A DNA stretch of 61,637 bases from Clostridia bacterium. Its GTDB lineage: Bacteria > Bacillota > Clostridia > TANB77 > CAG-508. This document shows, in pieces, positions 19,469 to 28,900 of the stretch. The notes under the pieces were generated by a model that searched no databases, was not told the DNA's origin, and worked only from the letters and a program-made list of their open reading frames with translations. The stretch covers positions 1 to 61,637 of the forward strand of contig JAAWEA010000026.1 of NCBI GenBank assembly GCA_022794055.1, written 5' to 3'. The position numbers and the translations under genes were made by a program. Positions within the stretch are counted from its first letter, which is position 1. Each line of letters begins with the position of its first letter.

Positions 19469-20359
19469 TTAATTAACTTGTTCCCAGAAATGAAATAGCA
19501 TATTATCAATACTCATATCATAATTTGCATTATATTGAAATCTCCTTTTTGTTTCCTCAACAATTGGTATACAATCAGCATATTTACTTGATCTTTTAGC
19601 TAATTCTAACAATACTACATTAATATACTCTAATATTTCATTTTTTTCATCTTTTGCTTTATATAATTCTTCTGCCTTATTTAAAATATCTACTTTATCC
19701 ATTTTTTCTAAATTATATAATATTTCTTCTATTTTTTCATATTGTTCCTTCTTTTCTTTTAATTGTATTGCCTTTCCAATACTACCTTGAAAAGCCTGAA
19801 TCATAGTTGGACTATCAATTTTAGTTTGATAATTATCCTCTAAAAACTTTTCAATTTTACTACTCGAAATTTTATCAAAATGAATTATCATACATCTTGA
19901 TTTAATAGTAGTTAAAAAACTACTTTCGTTTGAAGCAATTAAAATAATTGTTATAAACTCAGGTGGTTCTTCCAAAGTTTTAAGTAAGCAATTTTGAGCC
20001 TCTTTTGTCATTTTATCACTATCATTTATAATATATACTTTTCTTCCAGATATGATAGGCTTCTCTAGTACTTTTGCTTGAAAGTCTCTTATTTGCTCAA
20101 TCTTTATACTATTTCCATCTGGTTCTATAATCTTAAAGTCAGGATTATTATTTGTATTAAATTCTATACAAGATTTACATTTCCCACAATATTGATTCTC
20201 AGCAGTACATAAAATCATTTTAGCAAATTCTTTTGCTATCATCTTTTTCCCAATTCCTTCTGTTCCAATAAACATATAACTGTGAGATATTTTCTTGCTT
20301 TGATTTGCTTGAACTAATAATTCTTTTACTTTTTCATTTCCTAATATATTGTCAAACAT
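19469..20359 (-). CDS. holB: DNA polymerase III delta-prime subunit
   Basis: 296-aa ORF with AAA+-like HSYMFIGTEGIGKK, zinc-module CGKCKSC, and LLKTLEEPP. Confidence 0.85.
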   Translation of the reverse strand: MFDNILGNEKVKELLVQANQSKKISHSYMFIGTEGIGKKMIAKEFAKMILCTAENQYCGKCKSCIEFNTNNNPDFKIIEPDGNSIKIEQIRDFQAKVLEKPIISGRKVYIINDSDKMTKEAQNCLLKTLEEPPEFITIILIASNESSFLTTIKSRCMIIHFDKISSSKIEKFLEDNYQTKIDSPTMIQAFQGSIGKAIQLKEKKEQYEKIEEILYNLEKMDKVDILNKAEELYKAKDEKNEILEYINVVLLELAKRSSKYADCIPIVEETKRRFQYNANYDMSIDNMLFHFWEQVN

Positions 20360-20368
20360 TTTATCACC

Positions 20369-20998
20369 TTATTTTACTTTTCCCCATAAACTTAATGGCC
20401 AAATACGAATCCATACTTTACTCTCAATTTTTTCTAATGGAATACATCCAAATTCTCTACAATCTGTACTATGATTTCTATTATCTCCCATTGCAAATAC
20501 ACAATTTTCTGGGACTATAAAGTCTTTATATACTAAACTATCTGTTACAATTCCTGGTTGCAAATAGTCTTCTTTCAATACTTCACCATTTACAAAAACT
20601 TTACCATCTTTTATTTCTATATGCTCTCCTGGTAACCCTATAACTCTTTTGATATAACTATCTTTTTTTATCTCTAATACATAATATGTAAATCTTTTCC
20701 AAAGTCCTTTTTTCTCTTCATATTTAGCAATTGGATTTGTTTGATCTATTTCATTATAATTATAGTTTGTTCTACTAGGTGCTTCAAATGTAATAATATC
20801 ATATCTTTGGGGCATTTTTTTTGTAGTTCTTCCCCATCTGTTTAGCCATAATCTTTGATCTTCTATTAATGTAGGCTTCATAGATACTTGTTGTACTATT
20901 GTTGGTGTCCCTATAAAATATCTAAATAACAATGCTAAAACAACAGCTATTACTATACAATAAATCCATTCTATCATATCTTTAATTTTTGCATTCAT
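20369..20998 (-). CDS. lepB: Signal peptidase I
   Basis: N-terminal TM segment, catalytic Ser box VSMKPTL, Lys box YIKRVIGLPGE, and GDNRNHSTDCREFG. Confidence 0.9.
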   Translation of the reverse strand: MNAKIKDMIEWIYCIVIAVVLALLFRYFIGTPTIVQQVSMKPTLIEDQRLWLNRWGRTTKKMPQRYDIITFEAPSRTNYNYNEIDQTNPIAKYEEKKGLWKRFTYYVLEIKKDSYIKRVIGLPGEHIEIKDGKVFVNGEVLKEDYLQPGIVTDSLVYKDFIVPENCVFAMGDNRNHSTDCREFGCIPLEKIESKVWIRIWPLSLWGKVK

Positions 20999-21238
20999 TT
21001 ATATCAATCTCCTACTTCTCAACTTTTGTAATCTCTTAACATTATACATTAAATTTATATATTTATCAATAAAAATATTTATTTAAGTTTTGGTTTTTTC
21101 AAAAAACTTAATTATATTTATAAAAATCTTATTTAGTAATGTACTAGACTCATTTTTTCTAAATAGCAACATTAATTTTTTTTTTACTATTGTTTTTATA
21201 AAAAATAAGTATTATAATTGTGTGGGGAGGTTATAAAA

Positions 21239-21970
21239 ATGGAAGAAAAAGTTCAAAAAGGCAATAGCCAAAAGGCTATCAAAGGAATAGTCGCTTTAGT
21301 AGTAATTGTTGTTATAGCAGTATTAGGATATGTAGGATTTAACGTATATAAAGATTACAGCCAAAAATCTTTATTAAATGCAGAATTAACAACATTAAGT
21401 AAAAAAACATTAGGAAAGGATGATTTTAACACAGAAATAAAAACATCTGGAAATTACTCAAAAGTTGAAAAAACTATTAAAAGCTATTTACAAAAATACT
21501 CAGATACAATCAAATTAATTACAGAAGAATCAGCAAAAACATCAAATATTCAAGGTGCTGTTGCGAAAGACAAATTAGAAGAAAGAAAAAGTGAAGTTCA
21601 ACAAATAAGAACAAATATTGAAAATAGTGTAAATACTCTTATTGAAATGTCATCTGAGGAAACTATCAAAAAAGAGATAGAAAAAGAAGGATTATCAGCA
21701 AAATATGTAGACTTATATAATGAATTAATGATAGGTAATTTATCAAAAACATTAGCAAAAGAAAAAGAAACAATGAGTAATACAAAGGATAAGATTATGG
21801 AATTATTTGATAAACTTATCGCAACTTATGATTACCTATTAGAACATAAAGATAGTTGGGATTTAGAAAATAACCAAATACTATTTACTAATTCAACTCA
21901 CCTAAGAGAATACAATAAATTAGTTCAAGAACTTCAAACAAAAGCCCGTTTATTATCATTAACTAGATAA
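21239..21970 (+). CDS. Hypothetical membrane-anchored coiled-coil protein
   Basis: ATG 21239 follows ggggagg. There is one TM segment (IVALVVIVVIAVLGYVGF), then a K/E-rich helical sequence. I recognise no family. Confidence 0.5.
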   Translation: MEEKVQKGNSQKAIKGIVALVVIVVIAVLGYVGFNVYKDYSQKSLLNAELTTLSKKTLGKDDFNTEIKTSGNYSKVEKTIKSYLQKYSDTIKLITEESAKTSNIQGAVAKDKLEERKSEVQQIRTNIENSVNTLIEMSSEETIKKEIEKEGLSAKYVDLYNELMIGNLSKTLAKEKETMSNTKDKIMELFDKLIATYDYLLEHKDSWDLENNQILFTNSTHLREYNKLVQELQTKARLLSLTR

Positions 21971-22062
21971 TAACAATTACTATATTTTATGTATCTAGAA
22001 ATTTTTATTTATGAAAAATTTCTTTGAATATTTCTGTAGAACATAATTTTATATAGAATATA

Positions 22063-22105
22063 AAAAAGAACCTAAAATATCTTAATTCTTTTAGGTTCTT
22101 TTTTT
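22063..22105. terminator. Bidirectional rho-independent terminator
   Basis: The stem aaaaagaacctaaaa ... ttttaggttcttttt lies between convergent genes (21970 + / 22124 -). Confidence 0.7.
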
Positions 22106-22123
22106 AATTAAACTCAAAAAATT

Positions 22124-23467
22124 TTATTGTTTTGTTGGAATACGAATAACAACCTCTGTTCCCTCTCCAACCTTACTTTTAATATCTATACTTCCACCAT
22201 TCTTATCTAAAATTTCCTTAGCAATAGAAAGACCTAAACCAGTTCCACCCATTTCTCTAGTACGAGCTTTATCAACACGATAAAATCTCTCAAAAATTCT
22301 ATTCAAATCTTCCTCTGGAATCCCAATTCCATTATCAAAAATTTTAACATAAGCATCATTATATACAAAACCTACATAAATTTTTATTTCTCCTCTATCC
22401 AATGTATACTTAATACTATTTGTCATTATATTTAATAACACTCTTTCTATGTCATCTTTATCTGCATAAACTGGAGGAACATCTGCTGTAACAAAAGAAC
22501 TAACTATATGTCCTTTTTTCTTAATTTCAATCGCTAATTTTTCTTGACATCTTCTTACTAAATCACCTAAATCAAAAACCTCTTTATTAGTATTATTTTT
22601 TTGTGTATCATATCGAGATAATGTTAATAAATCAGTAACAAGTCTTGCCATTCTCCTAGATTCAGTTGCAATAACATTTAAAAATTTAGTTTGTGTTTCT
22701 TCATCATATCCACCTTCTAAAAGAGAATCCGCATATCCCATAATAGATGTAATAGGTGTCTTTAATTCATGTGATACATCTGCAACTAATTCCTTCTGCA
22801 TACTATCCAATTTTACATGTTCTGTAATATCTTGTATAACAGCAATAACTCCATCTGGTCTATCCTCTTCATTTTTAAAAGGTGCAAACAATACCTTTAC
22901 ATATTTATCACCAACTTGAATTCTTTGTTCTGTAGAAGTCCAACTTTCCAAATAAATAACTTTTTCCATATTTATATCTAATTGAAATTTTCCAAAAATA
23001 TCATAGAAATTATTGTCTTCTGGGCTAATACTCAAAAATTTCTTCGCTGCTGAATTTATCAGTATTATTTCACCTTCCATATTAAATGCAATAATTCCAT
23101 CTGTCATGTGTAATAAGATTGTTTCTATTTGATTTTTTTTAGATGAAACTTCATTTAGTTTGTGCTTTAATTCTGTTCTTTCATCACTTTTTATAAATTT
23201 ATTTTTAGGGCAAATAACAAATCGTGATAAATAAATAGAAATTAATATAGAACTCAATAAAAATGCCCCTATTATAATAGCAACATATAAGCAAGCTGAC
23301 TTTGTCATATTTTGAATTTCTGATGATAAATTCATTATATTTTGCTCATTTACAATATCTTTTAAGTGTAATATAGAATTTAAATATAAAAAGCTTAAAC
23401 TCCCTATTAATATTAAACCAGTTAAAACTGAAACAATTATAACTTTTGTCTTTACACTTTTAAACAT
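22124..23467 (-). CDS. Sensor histidine kinase (two TM segments, PAS-like, HisKA, HATPase_c), with no adjacent response regulator
   Basis: H-box SHELKTPITSI, N-box LLNIMTNSIKY, G-boxes DNGIGI and GGTGLGLSIAK. It overlaps the murG stop by 8 nt. Confidence 0.9.
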   Translation of the reverse strand: MFKSVKTKVIIVSVLTGLILIGSLSFLYLNSILHLKDIVNEQNIMNLSSEIQNMTKSACLYVAIIIGAFLLSSILISIYLSRFVICPKNKFIKSDERTELKHKLNEVSSKKNQIETILLHMTDGIIAFNMEGEIILINSAAKKFLSISPEDNNFYDIFGKFQLDINMEKVIYLESWTSTEQRIQVGDKYVKVLFAPFKNEEDRPDGVIAVIQDITEHVKLDSMQKELVADVSHELKTPITSIMGYADSLLEGGYDEETQTKFLNVIATESRRMARLVTDLLTLSRYDTQKNNTNKEVFDLGDLVRRCQEKLAIEIKKKGHIVSSFVTADVPPVYADKDDIERVLLNIMTNSIKYTLDRGEIKIYVGFVYNDAYVKIFDNGIGIPEEDLNRIFERFYRVDKARTREMGGTGLGLSIAKEILDKNGGSIDIKSKVGEGTEVVIRIPTKQ

Positions 23468-24590
23468 TCTTTTTCTCCCTAATTACTTTTAAAATTTCAT
23501 CATATATTTTACTTTCTGCATCAGTTTTTGAAATTCTTAAAGCTGATTTTGACATTTCCATTTCTTTATCTCTATTTAGTACAATATCTTTAATTTCTTT
23601 ATCTAATTCATTACTATTTAATTTTTCATTTAATATAATTTTAGCACCTCCAACTTTTTCTAAAACTTTAGCATTATATAACTGATGATTATTGCTAACA
23701 TTTGGTAATGGTACTAAAATTGATGGTCTTCCTAAATTTGATATTTCTGTAATTGTCATAGCTCCACTTCTAGCCACAATCAAATTAGAAACATTCATAA
23801 TTTCTTCCATATTATAAATATATGGTGTAATTTTTGCATTTTCTATATATTCAATATCTTTATTACACTCTTTTAATTTTGATTTTATAATATCATATTG
23901 TTTTGGACCTGTAGCCCAAATAATTTGATAATCTCTATTTAGACTGTCTTTTAATATTCCTAGTATTGCTTCATTAATTTTTTGTGCCCCTTGACTTCCA
24001 CCAAAAATTAAAACAATTGGCATATTATCGACTAATCCTACTTTTTTTATAATTTCTTTTCTTTTATTACTATCATAATTTTTCTTTTGTATCTTAACTG
24101 GTGTGCCAGTATAAACAATGTTTTTAGCATTTTTTATTCTATTTTTGGCATCTTCAAAAGAAATTAGAATAGTATCTGTTTTCTTAGCAAGCATTTTTAC
24201 TGCCTTACCTGGAAAAGCATTACTTTCATGTAATATAGTTGGTATTCCTAAATTATGTGCTGAAAAAATAGTTGCTCCACAAATATAACCACCTGTACCA
24301 ATTACAACATCTGGTTTAAACTCTTTTATAATTTTCTTCGCTTCTCCATACCCTTTTAAAGTTTTACATATCTTCTTTATATTATCTATACTAATTTTTT
24401 TACTTAAACCATAGGCATCAATTGTTTTTAATTGGTATCCAGCTCTTGGAACTAAATCATTTTCTAGCCCTCTTGTTGTTCCAATAAAAACAATCTCTGC
24501 TTCTTTATTTTCCTCTTTTATTTTATTAGCAATTGCTAAACCTGGGTTAATATGACCTGCAGTTCCTGCTGCAGCAATAATAACTTTCAT
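23460..24590 (-). CDS. murG: Undecaprenyl-PP-MurNAc-pentapeptide GlcNAc transferase MurG
   Basis: 376-aa ORF with N-terminal AAGTAGHINPGLAIA and C-terminal ARSGAMTITE...NHQ..NA. It sits in dcw cluster context. Confidence 0.9.
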   Translation of the reverse strand: MKVIIAAAGTAGHINPGLAIANKIKEENKEAEIVFIGTTRGLENDLVPRAGYQLKTIDAYGLSKKISIDNIKKICKTLKGYGEAKKIIKEFKPDVVIGTGGYICGATIFSAHNLGIPTILHESNAFPGKAVKMLAKKTDTILISFEDAKNRIKNAKNIVYTGTPVKIQKKNYDSNKRKEIIKKVGLVDNMPIVLIFGGSQGAQKINEAILGILKDSLNRDYQIIWATGPKQYDIIKSKLKECNKDIEYIENAKITPYIYNMEEIMNVSNLIVARSGAMTITEISNLGRPSILVPLPNVSNNHQLYNAKVLEKVGGAKIILNEKLNSNELDKEIKDIVLNRDKEMEMSKSALRISKTDAESKIYDEILKVIREKKNV

Positions 24591-24628
24591 ATTCTTCTCC
24601 TACAAACTTCTTTATATACAACATTCCA

Positions 24629-25754
24629 TCATTTTGCTCCTGCTCTTGAAATATTGAGCAAAACTCCCATTTCACACAGTAATATAAAGAGCGCTGTACC
24701 TCCGATAGCTAAAAAATGGTAAAGGCATTCCTGTAACTGGCATTGATGATGTAACAACAGCAACATTTATAATTGCTTGAATTGCTACTAATGATGTAAT
24801 TCCAATAGCTACTAAACTTCCAAACATATCTGGTGCTTTCATAGCAATTAGTACACCTCTCCATATAAATACTGCAAATAATATTAAAACAATTGTACAC
24901 CCCACAAACCCTATTTCTTCTGCTAATATAGAAAAAATAAAATCATTATGTGGTTCTGGTATGTATAAATATTTTTGTTTACTATCTCCAAGTCCTACTC
25001 CAAATAATCCTCCTGATCCTATTGCATATAAACTTTGTATTACTTGCCAACCTGTATTAGTTGCATCTGCCCATGGATTTAAGAATGTTAAAAATCTTTG
25101 TAATCTATATGGTTCAATAGCAATTAGTACAGCCAAACCTGGAAGTCCTAGCCCTAGTCCTGTTAACAAAAAGTGTTTAAATTTACATCCAGCAACTATC
25201 ATTATAATACATACAATACCTATAATAACAATAGATGCGCTAAGATGAGGTTGCAATAATAGCAATCCTATAATAGGTGCTAAAAATGCAATATTTTTTA
25301 TTAACCCCTTTCCATATAAAGAAAGAGTGTCTCTATTTTTTACAAGTACTCCTGCATAAAAAACAATCATTAAAAATTTAACAATTTCTGATGGTTGGAT
25401 AGATAATGTTTCTGTAACAAAAATCCATCTTTTAGCTCCATTTCTAGTATCCCCTATTACAAGAACTGCTCCTAATAATATAATAGACAACCACCAAGAA
25501 TGTTTATAAAATTTTTGATAAAAACGATAATCTATTTTAGAAATAATTGACATAGCAATAATTCCTAATACTGCAAATATTAATTGTTTAGAAAAATAAG
25601 CATAACTATTTCCACTTTCTGAAAGAGCTGAAGGTGAACTTGCAGATAATATCATAACTAACCCTATTCCTAAAAGCAATAATATTGTTATTACTAATGT
25701 AAAATCAATTGGGTTATTTAAGAACCTTGAAAAGTTTCTTTCTTTTTTTGCCAT
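24629..25754 (-). CDS. ftsW: SEDS-family protein FtsW/SpoVE; the frame needs a +1 shift at an in-frame CGG (24702-24704)
   Basis: The track ORF 24672-25754 ends ...PLPFFSYRRYSALYITV*. Skipping the C at 24704 gives ...PLPFFSYGGTALFILLCEMGVLLNISRAGAK*, with a stop at 24629-24631. This restores the conserved SEDS SYGG motif and C-terminus. The span is 1126 nt, i.e. 375 codons plus 1 base. Confidence 0.85.
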
Positions 25755-25776
25755 TTATAATCCTCCTAATTGGCTT

Positions 25777-26757
25777 TTATACAATTTTTAATCCTATATA
25801 GCAAACAGCAAAAGTTATTAATGAAAAAACTATCACCACTTTATTTTCCTTCCATCCAGATAATTCAAAGTGATGATGCAAAGGTGCCATTTTGAAAATT
25901 CTTTTTCCAGTCTTTTTATAATATGCAACTTGCATTATAACAGATAAAGTTTCTAATACAGGGATAATAGCTATTAAGATTAATAATAGTGGCATTTTTA
26001 AATACAATGCTAATGCTGAAATAATACCACCTAACATAAGAGAACCTGTATCTCCCATAAAAACTTTAGCTGGATGAATATTAAACATCAAGAATCCTAG
26101 TGTTGCACCTATTGCAATACTTCCAAATATTGATATTTCATAGATTTGATTACTAATTCCAATTACTGTTAAACAAGTAATTACAATAACACAAATGCTA
26201 GAAGATAAACCATCAATCCCATCTGTAAGATTGAAAGCATTTGTTGTTCCTAATATAACCAAAATAGCCAATGGCAAATATACATATACTGGTATATTCA
26301 CATAAGTTTTTAATATTGGTATATATGTATCTGTTCCTATTTTTAATCCCTGAATTAAAAATAGAACATAAGCAGTGGCTATAACTAAAAGCCCTAACAT
26401 TTTATAACTAGGCTTTAAACCTTCTGTATTTTTTAGAACCAGCTTTTTAAAATCATCAATAAAACCTATCATTCCAAATCCAATTGTTATAAGTAATGAT
26501 GGTAAAAGTCTTTTCCCTATCTCTTCATTTCCTGTTAAAAAAAGGAATGCACAAGTTCCTACTACAGATATAATTATAGAAATTATTATAATTATTCCTC
26601 CCATAGTAGGAGTCCCTTGTTTTTTTAAGTGAGATGCTGGTCCTTCTTCTCTTTCAATTTGACCAACTTTTAGTTTTTTCAATATTGGTATTGTCATTAG
26701 ACCACATATTACTGAAATTACAAATGTTATTAACAATACTTTTATCTCTAAATCCAA
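25777..26757 (-). CDS. mraY: Phospho-N-acetylmuramoyl-pentapeptide transferase MraY
   Basis: 326-aa polytopic ORF with GTPTMGG, NAFNLTDGIDGL, MGDTGSL and APLHHHFE motifs. Confidence 0.95.
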   Translation of the reverse strand: MDLEIKVLLITFVISVICGLMTIPILKKLKVGQIEREEGPASHLKKQGTPTMGGIIIIISIIISVVGTCAFLFLTGNEEIGKRLLPSLLITIGFGMIGFIDDFKKLVLKNTEGLKPSYKMLGLLVIATAYVLFLIQGLKIGTDTYIPILKTYVNIPVYVYLPLAILVILGTTNAFNLTDGIDGLSSSICVIVITCLTVIGISNQIYEISIFGSIAIGATLGFLMFNIHPAKVFMGDTGSLMLGGIISALALYLKMPLLLILIAIIPVLETLSVIMQVAYYKKTGKRIFKMAPLHHHFELSGWKENKVVIVFSLITFAVCYIGLKIV

Positions 26758-26778
26758 TTATATCAAACCTTTCTATTT

Positions 26779-28266
26779 CTATTTTTTCTTATGTTCTGCC
26801 ATCTTGTCTGTTACTTCTTTTATTACAGCTCTTTCATCTAAAGGATATTTTACTCCATTTCTTTCTTGATATCTTTCATGTCCTTTTCCTGTAATAACAA
26901 CAATATCATTTTTATTTGCCATTTTTATTGCGGCTTCAATTGCTTTCTCTCTTTCAAATACAATTTCGTATTTTCCCTTTGTTTTCTTAACTCCTTCTTC
27001 AATCTCTGCTATAATTTTGTTTGCATCTTCTGTCCTTGGATTATCTTCACATAGAATTGTATATTCTGCAATCTTTCCTGAAATTTCTCCCATAATTGGT
27101 CTTTTTATAGGGTCTCTATCTCCTCCGCATCCAAATACTGAAATAATCTTTCCTCTTGTATAACATTTAGATGCTTCTAATATATTTTGCAGACTTGCTG
27201 GTGTATGAGCATAGTCAATCATAATTGTTAATCCCATTTTATTATCAACTAATTCTGATCTTCCAGGTACTCTTACTTCTTCTAATGCTTGTTTTACTGT
27301 TTCACTATCAATTCCAAATTTTTGTGCTACACAAATAGCTGCTAAAGAATTATATACACTAAACCTTCCTGGTATTCCTGTTTTTACTCTTTCATTTCTA
27401 TCAGTAATTTTTACTCTAAAATCTACATAAGCATTTGTTATTGTAATATCTTTTGCTAAAACATTTGCATAATTATCAATTCCATAAGTTACTATATCAT
27501 TATCTGGAAATAGTCTTGGAATTTTAGCAGAATGTAAATCATCACTATTAACAATTCCAACTCTGCACATTTCAAATAGTTTTAATTTTGCATTAAAATA
27601 ATCTTCCATATTTGGATGTTCATTAGCACTTATATGATCTTCTGCAAGATTTGTAAATACTGCAATATCAAATTTACAGCCTTCTACTCTGTGTAGTTTC
27701 AAACTTTGTGAAGAAACTTCCATAATAACTACTTCTACACCTGCATCAACCATTTCTTTAAAAATTTCTTGTAATTTTAAACTTTCTGGAGTTGTTCTAT
27801 CATTTCCTCTTATTTGTTTATCATTTATAAATACACCTATAGTACCTACTAATCCAACCTTTTTACCAGCTTTTTGTAATATTTCTTTAATCATAAAAGT
27901 TGTTGTTGTTTTTCCTTTTGTTCCTGTAACACCAATTAGTTTAAACTTTAATGATGGATTCCCATAAAAGTTGCAAGAACACCTTGCAAGTGCAACTCTT
28001 GTATCTTTTACTACCAAGATAGTTACTTCTTCTGGTATCTTAAGTGATTTTAAATCGCATCCTTCTTCAACCATAATAGCAATTGCTCCATTTTCAATAG
28101 CATTTTCCACATATTGATGACCATCTGTGGAAAATCCTTTTATTGCAATAAACATATAGCCTTTTTTTACTTCTTTTGAATTATTTTCAATTCCTTCTAT
28201 TTCTAGGTCTAAATTTCCTTTTGCTTTAATTCCTTCTAATCCTAATACTATTTTCTTTAATTCCAT
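26779..28266 (-). CDS. murE: UDP-MurNAc-L-Ala-D-Glu:meso-diaminopimelate ligase MurE
   Basis: ATP-binding GVTGTKGKTTT and DNPR motif (EDNPRTED), indicating the DAP-adding type. I chose the start at internal ATG 28266 (MELKKIV); the track ORF starts at 28314. Confidence 0.9.
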   Translation of the reverse strand: MELKKIVLGLEGIKAKGNLDLEIEGIENNSKEVKKGYMFIAIKGFSTDGHQYVENAIENGAIAIMVEEGCDLKSLKIPEEVTILVVKDTRVALARCSCNFYGNPSLKFKLIGVTGTKGKTTTTFMIKEILQKAGKKVGLVGTIGVFINDKQIRGNDRTTPESLKLQEIFKEMVDAGVEVVIMEVSSQSLKLHRVEGCKFDIAVFTNLAEDHISANEHPNMEDYFNAKLKLFEMCRVGIVNSDDLHSAKIPRLFPDNDIVTYGIDNYANVLAKDITITNAYVDFRVKITDRNERVKTGIPGRFSVYNSLAAICVAQKFGIDSETVKQALEEVRVPGRSELVDNKMGLTIMIDYAHTPASLQNILEASKCYTRGKIISVFGCGGDRDPIKRPIMGEISGKIAEYTILCEDNPRTEDANKIIAEIEEGVKKTKGKYEIVFEREKAIEAAIKMANKNDIVVITGKGHERYQERNGVKYPLDERAVIKEVTDKMAEHKKK

Positions 28267-28570
28267 TAGAATCATCCCTTCATTTTTATGTTTTATGTCT
28301 AAAATTTTAGACACAATTTTTTATATTCTAGGAAATTTATCATGGTATGATAAATTTCTGTAGAAGATAATTATAGCAGAAGTTAGATTTTGTAACAGTT
28401 TCCACTGTGTACAAAATCTTAATTCTGACTTTTTTATATTATATAACTATTTTTTAGTTTTGTATAGAGTTTTTTTAGTTTTTTCAATTTTATCCCAGTT
28501 ATACTAATATATCTATAAGTATCATTAATTCGACCAAATGTCTTAATTGGTAACATCTACATGTAGGCCA

Positions 28571-28900
28571 TTATTTTACATATAAGTTGCTTCCTTTATT
28601 TACTGTAACTCCTTCTTTTGGTATTTGTTCATTTATAAATGTATTTTCTTTATCTAATTCTTCTGAGTCATTCTCAATCTTTAGCTCTAATCCTAACTCT
28701 TTTACTATCTTTTGTGCTTCTAGAATGTTCATTCCTTCCACTTTCGGTACATTTACTTGTTCTACAGCTTCAATTTCTTCTTGATTTCCTTGACTTACCT
28801 CTAAATATGGCAAAATCTCACTAAATACTTGACCTCCTACAGGTGCTGCAACACCACCTCCTTGGTGTATTTTATCGCCATAAATTTCACTTTTTAATAT
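28571..28900 (-). pseudogene. spoVD: 3' fragment of a class B penicillin-binding protein gene (SpoVD/PBP2B-like), truncated at its 5' side
   Basis: The open frame reads ...YGDKIHQGGGVAAPVGGQVFSEILPYLEV..., which is the end of the transpeptidase domain. It continues NVPKVEGMNILEAQKIVKELGLELKIEN...GSNLYVK, a PASTA domain. An in-frame stop lies at 28901-28903 and there is no N-terminal 500+ aa. It occupies the expected spoVD position upstream of murE. Confidence 0.75.

Noticed and set aside
24709-24900. 63-aa minus-strand ORF inside ftsW, and Q-rich ORFs at 39306-39491 and 41335-41517
   Set aside because: These are alternative frames of well-supported genes, without an RBS. Their composition is an artefact of the linker or membrane coding sequence.
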